Source: an uncultured virus (IMG/VR IMGVR_UViG_3300010938_000023) | Lineage: Duplodnaviria > Heunggongvirae > Uroviricota > Caudoviricetes | Virus record (IMG/VR): IMGVR_UViG_3300010938_000023 | Reading direction: 5' to 3' (one strand) | Length of the DNA: 64,000 nucleotides | In this document: one piece after another, positions 41,101-49,000 of the stretch | How positions within the stretch are numbered: the first letter of the stretch is position 1 | Layout: every line of letters starts with the position of its first letter | The notes under the pieces: generated by a model | What the model was told of the DNA's origin: nothing | Databases searched by the model: none | What the model saw: only the letters and a program-made list of their open reading frames with translations | Program-made: the position numbers and the translations under genes

Positions 41101-42959
41101 GCCAGGTCTCCCAAACGGAACTGACCTATCTGGCTGCGTTCCGCAGTCGTATGCTGGAACAGGGCGTGGTCAACCGTGGACTGCGGCAGGCCCTGTACCG
41201 GCTCTATGCGGGCAGCTTAGAGTTTGAACGGTTACGTGGGATTGAGACCGAGACCTGGCGCAGCTTCTTCCAGCCGATCCCGGAACTGGCCCGACCCTAT
41301 CTGGCCCAGGCTCGGTTCCAGTTCCGGGGCCAGACCTATACCTTGGCGGCGACCAACCTGATGCAGCTCCAGGGCTCGGTCAACCAGGCCATGCGTGAGA
41401 TCGCAGGGCAGGTGCTGCATCAGCCGGAGCTGGCCCCGCACGAGGTCTATCGTCGGATCCGGATCGAAGCGGGCCTGGCCGAACAGTTCGAGGACCAGAT
41501 GCGGGCCTGGCTCGCAGCCGGTCAAGCGGAGGTCCAAGCGGCCGTCCAGTTCAGTGAGGCCGCATCCCATCAGGTCGGGTGGGACCGGCCCGAGCTGGCG
41601 GGCCGGGCCGAACAGCTGGCAGAACAGCTGTTCCAGCCCGATTGGCTGAGACGGCTCACCACGGACCTCGCAGGCGAGTATGAGCCCGTCCAGTTAGCAG
41701 ACCCGTTCGGCCGGACCGGGCTAGCACACGAGGTACGCCATACCGGGGAGCTGGCGGAGCTGGAGCTGCAACGGCTGGCAGTCGAACTGGCCCGGGACCC
41801 GGCCAATGCGGAACGACTGACCCCGCACCAGATCTACGAACAGCTACAGGCACAGTACCGGGCGGCAGGCCAAGCACGGCAGCTGGCCCTACCGGGCCGA
41901 AGGGTCTCCGCGCGGACCCTGCTAGGGCAGCTCCGGGGCACGATCCAGGCCGGGTTCGGATCGCCCGATCCGGAGATGCAAGCGGCCGTGCAAGCGGCCC
42001 AGGTCGAGCTGAGCCGGCTGGTCAACCTAGGCTATGACGAGGACCTGCCAGATGCGTTACGGAGCCAGATTCGGGCCGCATTAGGCTGGCGGCCCGGCCA
42101 AGTCCCATACGGGCAGTGGATCATCCCGACCGGCCAGTACCGTGGCCTGACACTGGCCGAGATGGCCAACCTCAAGGGTGGACCAAGAGACGTATTTAAT
42201 TATTGGCGGGGACTAGGCCAACGGGCCGCAGCGGTCCCGCCCGATTTCCGGTACGGGCTGGTGAGATGGCTAGAGGCCCATGTAGAATCCTCAGACCTGC
42301 CCGAGGCTACCTTCCGGGAGCTACAAGCGGCCTGGGACATCGCACCGCAGGACCTGGCCAGGACCCGTATGGCGGGCTTGACCCGCCTGGACGCACTAGT
42401 GGGTCGGGTAGAGGCCGAGGCGGCCGCAGCTGAGGCAGCGGAATCGGTGGCCGCGGGTGCGACCGAAGCAGGGGCACAAGCATATCATATCCCGTTGTTC
42501 TATTCCGCGCAGTTGGATCAGGCAGCCGGCCAGCTAGGTGCGGACCTCAGAGAGGCCCTGGACCAGGGTGGCAGTCCGTTAGGGGGCCCACCGGAGCGAG
42601 CCTATCCGGAGTGGGCCCGTTGGGGCACATACCGGCCCTGGGTCTATGGGGGCAGCTTAGCGTTGGGTGGGCTGATCTCGTTAGGGATCGGGATCCACTT
42701 ACTACGACGGATGGCCCAGCGTTCGACCGATCCGGACGAAAGCGAGCATCGGATGCCGGGCGTCACGGTCCGAATCGAGGGCCATGGTCGGGTCCGGCTC
42801 AGCCAGGTAGAGCTGATGCAGCAGCTCCAGCAGAGCCTACATCATGCGAGCCCGGTCCCGATCCAAAGCAGTGGGCTCTGGTACGATCAGCGACAGCCCA
42901 TGGCCCGGGACGAGCTGGACCGACAGTTAGCGGACCTGTTAGGACCGCGCCGGCCGTAA
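35136..42959 (+). CDS. Giant tape-measure-like or ejection protein 2 (about 2607 aa) containing a DEDDh 3'-5' exonuclease domain
   Basis: ATG 35136 after a purine-rich leader; helical Q/E/L/R/A-rich. Motifs LLLVDVEA (39588-39611), VAGINVQFD (40251-40277) and HEAGADV (40500-40520). Hydrophobic segment near the C-terminus. Confidence 0.7.
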   Translation: MARLPYQAQREYIPANLATVRVGHWLFDPAENPWTVDAVRQLDEDTYEVRLAQPAHEGGAVRTLTVSLRPEGATGRVPPVEVQLEGYSYLASSFADQSDPAWLGVLGQVSSDTVQEGQVLAWWESHRPAIQQWRTRVVQELFADHRNLAWLRDQMEQAGSFQQLADTVWARLIEGQLVRLEAEDPERVAQLRAQLAALQGRVPQLRAVLCLEAIDAYEVTVGQEIGIRELRPSQRWRSELRALAGQLGPAAGSTGTAVDDAFRPQPRGATPIARHPTAVPPPPTAIPQARHLAAVTRLQGRLSDVPDVLPAPHRDVLRRLITAQVPGYLDHPPEAAARVSAELQGQFRALQRAWGEPGLTTQPSMAWLGRYPGLQTRLFQQETIDLLLAAYAGQTVRGQLGVSPIAEANAFWQVWESLAEQMSELAGVRPLGPGGIARSDPDEFALRLRQLREHAERVRAELRQAGSAVWRLSEFQHGLTGLMQERPEQAQQLLAGIDELLTMLADDPQAGQLGPYRRLQAQLRTLVSNPGQLYLESRYLRGPLSQSELGPLFSYEALEDLWGRTGPGQLYGLFDELARAIVEIEDAARAARNELPHESLAGQEAEDALIEARQVRAAAERAEVGPIEVYYESRRRVQRLEAELQQLRAELAALQRQPGPGQPYGAQDYEQVRAELIELYERGQIDYRTLRDRLRLQGSEGPTPRALIEEQIFLLENRLRREQVRLERLSLFRYGFGGRLEDALTRSLTQTVGEARQGPAALEPPLTWQQALRRATGEPWQFTMGMGPGHGYAQFEVRGPARGGLLPVHETPMGGPLAVQPIASLSPEAAHQLAIGLQGVMETVLGRELPGPGTQSARALTHWMGQFQFMEQLAQRILGSASAGPLPDWVRLPVQLEGELGRRYGRTTPVTELARLFQPGEAGWPMIRRIMRWANISEGEARREFQQELWSDLGRVLATMTQHLDPTQPLSQNEFLDLVGRRLLGARRHTIDRRILGHLAALRNLLEQAAEGFGQRDATTIASIYIAHLEGLVARQQTPERLRRQANDLLQFIQQVGGRSYVAGLWTQEFHEVGTRPDVRVGQFRADVARGLTPNELTDLAGRAVGEARAELLEGLTERYDPRLAWQVPNQEQALLEQIRTAFQLAGLDVQGQVVSEPGAAAPDIEAGLHRFYLNAARWIDAHRQMLMAADPEVRQQLMGTLLEEYLTESAGRGRGGQALYTRLVRQLAFLAHEVALEEWGYGDGPRPATGFRNARELGQQLMAQILPELTELAGRYEGPELAEQMAPDVIRARLRAMVANYRTDPIEQLRAVLDRQVPASQVLAYLQSLQLPEELSEWPLHVLPGRETPLGPGQATRLLEALSHPGLQPYVELGYSTFRLRVMVRDPNDPTGQNFIPGTVRSMGPHETVVQTDIGELIRFPSDEPRLIPVNEFASYKLMAQHFQGAQQAARAGAQIESRFLWHPGTGGLAGVTGPWGWDPVAPLLLVDVEAMPGVAPAGSPLDRVLQLAWARTDQPQELARYLNPAGAAQAYANIVQPIVQPPPGPFETAYERAMELIQARLEAGGIGQLTPEELTQVRSYIEPALLRARALGQLTGEVPELTAENVEEWVRRVGEFAQADRQAFQVAASDLGQVQAYVRPAFLHARAVGWLTGEVPELTAENASELVRQAEAIYERARAEGLAPVPQLLAQLAGEAGPGQPLRVAGINVQFDVARLIETVLSQVPESDRPAVRAQLERTLAAGGGPLDLQALLRLLVPGRASYELEEVMKWPELAPFVAQLPAGVAHEAGADVQRTLAVWQAIRAGALGPSSAAPPVVVEPGTLLAARPGSRALITGHSRRVGQFGGLFALEGGGYGAQVLDPLWPTWVMGQSPEQVVQQLLREFSPITEEAAEQLEAYTVEDLAARLVRDVRTRPDRADLYQTLFEQYRQAVASLPEGSGQAAVQARFGQLVRALAQERAEPFRLVQAQQYLHDPRGFQVLGRAAGQVSQTELTYLAAFRSRMLEQGVVNRGLRQALYRLYAGSLEFERLRGIETETWRSFFQPIPELARPYLAQARFQFRGQTYTLAATNLMQLQGSVNQAMREIAGQVLHQPELAPHEVYRRIRIEAGLAEQFEDQMRAWLAAGQAEVQAAVQFSEAASHQVGWDRPELAGRAEQLAEQLFQPDWLRRLTTDLAGEYEPVQLADPFGRTGLAHEVRHTGELAELELQRLAVELARDPANAERLTPHQIYEQLQAQYRAAGQARQLALPGRRVSARTLLGQLRGTIQAGFGSPDPEMQAAVQAAQVELSRLVNLGYDEDLPDALRSQIRAALGWRPGQVPYGQWIIPTGQYRGLTLAEMANLKGGPRDVFNYWRGLGQRAAAVPPDFRYGLVRWLEAHVESSDLPEATFRELQAAWDIAPQDLARTRMAGLTRLDALVGRVEAEAAAAEAAESVAAGATEAGAQAYHIPLFYSAQLDQAAGQLGADLREALDQGGSPLGGPPERAYPEWARWGTYRPWVYGGSLALGGLISLGIGIHLLRRMAQRSTDPDESEHRMPGVTVRIEGHGRVRLSQVELMQQLQQSLHHASPVPIQSSGLWYDQRQPMARDELDRQLADLLGPRRP

Positions 42960-43058
42960 AACACGATAGACCCAGGCTAAGCCCGAGCTGGGCGAATCAC
43001 CGGGCTGGGTTATGAGCTCAATGTACCGTTAAGGACCAGGGAGGGGGATCAGCAGAAG

Positions 43059-45866
43059 ATGCCAGCGATCTGGGGCTATATCCAATCCGACCATCCGAGC
43101 CACCCTGCAGTCGAAGACGCGCTGGTCTGTGTCGGGCCGGGCCTGGACCGTCAGACCCGGAGCGGGCCCGGGGGCTATTACAGCCTATCGGTACCTGGGA
43201 CTGGAGACTACACGCTCTACGTGTATCACCGGAACTATCTGCGGTACGGGCCCGTCACGGTGACGGTCCCGCCGATGGGCGTACAGCACAATGTGACCCT
43301 AGCGCGGCCCTATTCGGTCCGGATCACACAGGTACCGAACCCTGGCCTCAGCGACCACTATCAGGACAGCTCGATCGATCTGCTGCAGAGCACGGCAACG
43401 TTCGGGGCCAGTAGCTTACTGACGATCAGTGTGAGACGTATGCAGCTGGAGGACCAGCCGATGTTCCGGTCGATCTTCCAGCTGACCACGTTCAGTAGCT
43501 TACTGACCTGGACCCAGCAGGGCTATCGGCTGGTCGATAGCCGGTTCCAGCTCTGGAGCCCGTTACAGCTGGTCCCGATCCTACCGAACCAGGCCAGTGG
43601 CAGTTCGATCTTCACAATCATTCGGGGCGAGATCGACGAGCCTTCGGGCAGCTCTCGCTATATCTTCAAGGAGTTAGAGGCCAGCTGGCAGGACCGTTGG
43701 CTGGGCCAGCCCTGGCACACCATGGCGGGCGCGTCCGCCACGTTAGAGACCCAGCCGCAATGCTATCTGGTCAGCGGGCCCGGCACGAGCCTGAACCGGA
43801 TAGAGCTGGACGTACGGCCGTTTGTGCTACCGAAATCCAGCTATAGCTCCACGGTCGATGCCGCAGGCTGGGTACTGGCGGGCTATTGGGACGTGCAAGG
43901 GGTCCTCCCACCGGAACAGCAGAACCAGGTCTGGTTCAACAGCCGCGAATATCCGACCGAATCCGCGCGACCCCAGGTCCAGCTGTACTGGACTTCGGAC
44001 CAAGAGGACCTGAGCGTATGTCGTTGGGAGCAGCATCCGTTACCGGGCTACAGCTGCCTGCATAGTGACGAGCCGAGCCACCACTTGGAATGTCAGCCGG
44101 CCCATATTGGACATGGGGCAGAAGGCCAGCCACCGGACTGGGACCGGTGGCACCTGTTAGTGAGCCTACCCAGTCCGAGCCTGGCCAGTAACGAGACCGT
44201 GGTCTGGGCCCGGTTGGATGCGTGGGTGGAAGTACCGGAACCTTACTGGTATGCGATGGGCCAGGGCAATATCCAGATCGGGGCCCATATCCCAATCAGC
44301 AGCTCGATCCTGGCCCAGACCAGCTGGCTGGAACGCTGGTCGGGCCAGAACTGGACGACGTCCGGCGGCGACTACCTGGCCAGCTACTCCTCGTTCGTGA
44401 CCGTGACCCAATCGATCGGCACATGCCAATGGAAGGTCGATTGGTACGGCGGGTCCGATCAGAAAGTGTTCCTGATCCCACGCCAGCTGGAGGTCAATTA
44501 TGCCTGGCGTGTGAATGTCAGCAACCTCCAGGTCTGGTACTACATCTGTGAATGGGAACCCACCGAAGGGCCCGAGCAGCCCGAGCAGCCCGAGGAGCCT
44601 GAGGGTCCGGAAGGCTATGGGCCGATCCAGCCACCTCCGACCGGCAGCCCGCCGAAACTGGTCCTAACGACCGAAGGGCCATGGTCCACACCCGTACCGG
44701 CCGGGAGCGTACCCGGTGCGAGCTTAGGCTATCTCTGGTCCGGCCAGCAACAGGTCCGACAGATGCTGCTGGACCTGCTGCCCGGCTCCTTACCGGTCCC
44801 AATGCCATCGGCCCAGAGCATGGGCCGTCAGAACCGTGAGACGGCCCGTCGGGCCGGGTTCGTGCAGCTGGCAAGCCGGTTCTGGACCACACCCCAATCC
44901 AGCCAGCTGCAGCATCAGCTCAGCCAGCTCCGGACCCTGGGCGGCCCCATTGGGCCCGCAGGCCCACGGCCCGGTCGGCCGGGCCTGGCTCGGCCCGCAG
45001 GGCCACTGTTCGGCCCGAGCCTGGGCCCATTGCCTGCGGGCCCATTATCGGGCCTGGCCCGGCCCGGCCCGGTCAGTCCGCCAGACATGGGTCCGGCGAC
45101 CTGGCCCCNNNNNNNNNNNNNNNNNNNNNNNNNNNNNNNNNNNNNNNNNNCCCAGACCCTCACGGCCCGTACGATCGGGCAGGCTCGGGCCGGTACAGTC
45201 GGCCGCGCCATGGCCGCGGCCGTGGCAGCTGTGACCGGGGCTGGAGGGCCCGCGGGCCTGAGCCCGTTCGGTCGGGTCCGCGTCCCACATGCACGTGTCC
45301 GGATCCCGAACCTGGCAGGGGTTCGGGTCCCAAGCGGCCAGAGGCCCGTGGCACGGCCCGTTGAGCCAAGTGGCCCGTTAGGGGCCGGGCTGGGGCCCGG
45401 TACACGGCCGATGGGCCGCTGGTCAGCTACGGTCCCAATCGAGGCCGGCCCGCCCACGGGCCCGGTCACGTTCCCGGGTCGGCCCGGCCCGGCCCGGCTC
45501 GGGCTGAGCCCCATGGGGCCTGAGCCGCTACTACCGACCCGAGTTCCGGGCCCGGACCTGGCCCAGGCCGAGCTGGACCAGTTTGGCCCGATGCGGTCAG
45601 GTCTGGTTCGGCCCGTGCCCGTGCCCGGACCCAGCCTGGACAGTCCAATTGTAGAGCCGATCCCGCGGGTGCATCAGGCCGAGCAGCTGATCGCACGGAC
45701 CGGGCCACCCCGTCGGACACGATCGGCCCTGAGCTATCTGTGGGGTGGGGCACCGGGCGTTACTGCCCGGATCGAGGTCCGGCAGCAGACGGTGCAACGG
45801 GCCGGGCTGCGGGACCGACTGGAACGGACCCTGCTGCGGATGTTGGAACGCGGCCATTTGGCCTGA
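43059..45866 (+). CDS. Virion protein with a carboxypeptidase-regulatory-like domain, two DNRLRE-like carbohydrate-binding modules and a P/G-rich tail
   Basis: SGPGGYYSLSVPGTGDYTLYVYHRNY; WFNSREYPTESARPQVQLYW; SWLERWSGQNWTTSGGDY; PEQPEQPEEPEGPEG linker. Frame across the N-gap is assumed. Confidence 0.55.
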   Translation: MPAIWGYIQSDHPSHPAVEDALVCVGPGLDRQTRSGPGGYYSLSVPGTGDYTLYVYHRNYLRYGPVTVTVPPMGVQHNVTLARPYSVRITQVPNPGLSDHYQDSSIDLLQSTATFGASSLLTISVRRMQLEDQPMFRSIFQLTTFSSLLTWTQQGYRLVDSRFQLWSPLQLVPILPNQASGSSIFTIIRGEIDEPSGSSRYIFKELEASWQDRWLGQPWHTMAGASATLETQPQCYLVSGPGTSLNRIELDVRPFVLPKSSYSSTVDAAGWVLAGYWDVQGVLPPEQQNQVWFNSREYPTESARPQVQLYWTSDQEDLSVCRWEQHPLPGYSCLHSDEPSHHLECQPAHIGHGAEGQPPDWDRWHLLVSLPSPSLASNETVVWARLDAWVEVPEPYWYAMGQGNIQIGAHIPISSSILAQTSWLERWSGQNWTTSGGDYLASYSSFVTVTQSIGTCQWKVDWYGGSDQKVFLIPRQLEVNYAWRVNVSNLQVWYYICEWEPTEGPEQPEQPEEPEGPEGYGPIQPPPTGSPPKLVLTTEGPWSTPVPAGSVPGASLGYLWSGQQQVRQMLLDLLPGSLPVPMPSAQSMGRQNRETARRAGFVQLASRFWTTPQSSQLQHQLSQLRTLGGPIGPAGPRPGRPGLARPAGPLFGPSLGPLPAGPLSGLARPGPVSPPDMGPATWPXXXXXXXXXXXXXXXQTLTARTIGQARAGTVGRAMAAAVAAVTGAGGPAGLSPFGRVRVPHARVRIPNLAGVRVPSGQRPVARPVEPSGPLGAGLGPGTRPMGRWSATVPIEAGPPTGPVTFPGRPGPARLGLSPMGPEPLLPTRVPGPDLAQAELDQFGPMRSGLVRPVPVPGPSLDSPIVEPIPRVHQAEQLIARTGPPRRTRSALSYLWGGAPGVTARIEVRQQTVQRAGLRDRLERTLLRMLERGHLA
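45109..45150. other. Assembly gap (42 N)
   Basis: Run of n inside a GGCCC-rich low-complexity tract. Confidence 0.99.
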
Positions 45867-46045
45867 GCCCGGCCCCGGGCCGGCTTCACACCATACGGGA
45901 AGAATAGGCTATACTCTAACCGAAGTGGGTCACCAAGCCGACAAGCCGAAGGCACATGATAGAGCGGAGGAAGGCATCCGGTCCGAACCTGAGGCTCTAG
46001 TCCAGTTTCGGAAAACCCAAACCCAAAACCGGTGTAAGGTTTATC

Positions 46046-49000
46046 ATGCCAGAGAAGAAGAAGAAGATCAATCAGGCCCGACAGGATCGAGACCCGTTCC
46101 TGCAGCCACTGGAGGCACTGGCCCGACCCAGCCACATGCCAACGGTCGTACTGGCCGAGCCCGGCCCGACCGAGCCGGCCCAGGCCGGGCCGGGCCGATA
46201 TCCGGACAAGTTCGTCCTCAAGGTCAGCAGTGATATCGAGCAGATCAACCCAGACGGCTCGATCCGGTTACGGCCGAAACCGACTAAGAGGGCGAGCTCA
46301 AGTGGGACGGGTACGGGCCAGGTGCCCGCGGGCTCCCAGCTGCAGCTGACGGGGCTGGACCTGCTACCCGCCCTGAGCAAATGGGGCCGTCAGTTACGGG
46401 ATTGGCTGAACTGGCAGCTGGTCGATCCCAAACAGGTGGACGAGCTCTATGCCAAAGTCCAAGGTTGGTTCCGGGCACCGGGCCGTACCGGCCAGGTCCT
46501 GGGTGGCCCGTTACTGCTCGGGATGGGTCAGCTGATCGGGCCAGACGGTCGGGACCTGGGCCAGGCGGCAGTCCGGGAGGGCCGAGCGGTGCTGGCCCGA
46601 TCCGGGATACCCGACCTGCTCGGGTATGGAACAGCCCAGGAGCAGGCCAAGCAGGCCCGACGTGGAGTGTGGGCCACCGCAGCCACCCGGCTGGAGGCAG
46701 CCAAGCAGCTGGTACAGGCCCGCAAGAAGGCCCAGGCCACGCAGCGTCAGATGGAACGGGTCCAGGCCAGCCCCAGCCCACCGGCACCATCACCACCGCC
46801 GCCGGACCCCAGCAAGGCGAGCTACCAGTCTGGGCTGGAGCTCCATCCGTTGGTCTGGCCGTATGATCACGATTCCGCCGGGGAGGAGTTCCCGATCGGG
46901 GTGGAGCTGTTCCGGTTCGGCTGGCTCTGGCTGCCGGAACCAGAACAGATTTCGGTCGAAGAGCAGAGCGATCTACGGGTACAGCCACGGGTCCGGGGCC
47001 AGTACGGGGTGCCCCGTAACCAGGGCCATGTCCGACGCCGGGTGGAGCTCGTCTGGAGCTTCATGATCCCGGACGAGGTGGACCGATGGGTCCGGTACAT
47101 GGTCGGCACGTTCCAGCTATCGCCGTTCCTACCGATCCAGCATGGGATCCTGAACTATGAATATGGGATCCTGGCATTAGCACTGCACCGGATGACGATC
47201 AGTGTCCAGCCCAGCACACGGCAGCCGAACCGGATACAGGTCATTGTCGAAGCGTTAGAGTTCGATGCGCTCAGCTATCTGCCCTGGCCGATGCAGCGTG
47301 GCCTGAACTATCCCATCTATGAGGAATGGGTCCGGCAGTATGTGGACGGGCAGGACCGTTGGCAGGGTCGGCTACTAGCACGTATGGCCCGTACAGACGA
47401 GATCGACCCTGCCCGAGCAGCCGATTTGGTGTTCCAGATTGCGAACCCGGAACAGGTCCGGACCGCAGTTGAACAGTTCAAGCAGCAGGAACGGCTGGGC
47501 GTTACCCCGATGGAGCAGGAATCGAATGTGATCTATGAGCATACAACGGCACAGATCATCGAGCGGGTCCTCTCCAACCAGGCGGGTCTGCCAGACCCAT
47601 GGCACCAGGGCAGCATGATAGCCCGGCTCCGAGACCAGACGGAGGTCCGTAACTGGAGCCAGCAGCCGGGCCCGATCTACGTAACCGGGCTGGAATGGCT
47701 GAACGCGTATGGCCGTGGCCAGCAACAGGTGCTGGTCCGACTGTTCCGGCCCCAAACGGTATCACAGCTCCTAAAGGCAGGTGCGATCCAAGGCTATATC
47801 GATCTCGGGAACAGTGGCAGTACCCACTTCCAGTACAGGCCCGAGTCAGGTCGGCTGGTACGATGGAGTGGCCGTGGCGAGTGGTCACTCCAGTGGAACG
47901 AGCCGATGTTTGCATGGAGTCCCAACGATTATTTACCGGTTACTGTACCTGGGATAGCTGCGATTCGGTTCAAGTTAGGGGCTCGGAACAGCTACGCAGT
48001 CGATCCGAACGATCCGAACGATCAGGTTCGGTTCCGGACCTTTATTGAGCAGCGATACCTCCAGGACAGCCGCTGGCAGAACTGTCTGTGGCTGGTACCG
48101 GCCAGCCAGATCGGGACGCTACTGACATACCTGAAACGGGGTGCAACTGCGGACCGGCAGCCGGAGCCACCGTTAGACCCTGGGCATCGGGCCCTGGGCG
48201 AAGCGGCCCTAGAGGGTGACGCGGTCTGGATCACACGCCGGGATGGCCGGCCAGATACGGACCAGGTCTGTCTGGTCGCGGGCATCTCGGTCGTGTTCGA
48301 GCATAACTTTACGGAGCAGCAGGTCAAGCAGCAGGAGGTTCCAACCTTTGCCTATCTCGGCTCGGTCAGTGGAGCGGTCCAGCTCAGTCTAGAGGTCTTA
48401 GAGCCGGGTGGCCTGAACGTGCTCCAATCGGTCCTGGGCCAGGTCCGGGACCAGCAGCGGCAGGGCAGCTGCGAGCTGCTGGAGACGGAAGGGTTCGAGG
48501 TCGGGTTCGTCCGGGTCTATCAGAACTTTTTGAATAGCTTAGGGGTGCACTGGCTGGTCCCGCAATCGGCCAGCGTCCAGATGAATCCGGGCGGGAGTGA
48601 GCTGAGGCCGTGCCAGCTGACCGGTACAATCTATCAACCGTTAGGGGTCCTCTATCAGATCGCACGTGACCGGCAGCTCCGGAAACGGATGGGCCGTTCG
48701 TTCGGCCAGCCACCCCAGGTCTATCTAGAGCAGCTGCACGATGTGAATCGGGAACGGTTGACCTTCTTCGGGCTGAATGAGCTACTGGACGAGTTCGAGC
48801 TCTATCCGGACCTGCATCTACCGACCTACCAGGAGCTGGCCCAGCTGGCTCAGGCCGCGGCGAAACGGCACCGGATCGCGTTCGAGAAGCTGGTCCGGCC
48901 CGTCCCGGTCCAGCGTCCGTTCAAACGGCAACTGGAATGGTGGACGGATAAGGAGCTGAGCTATCGGTACGTGGACCCGGACTTCTATCTGGGCTGGCCC

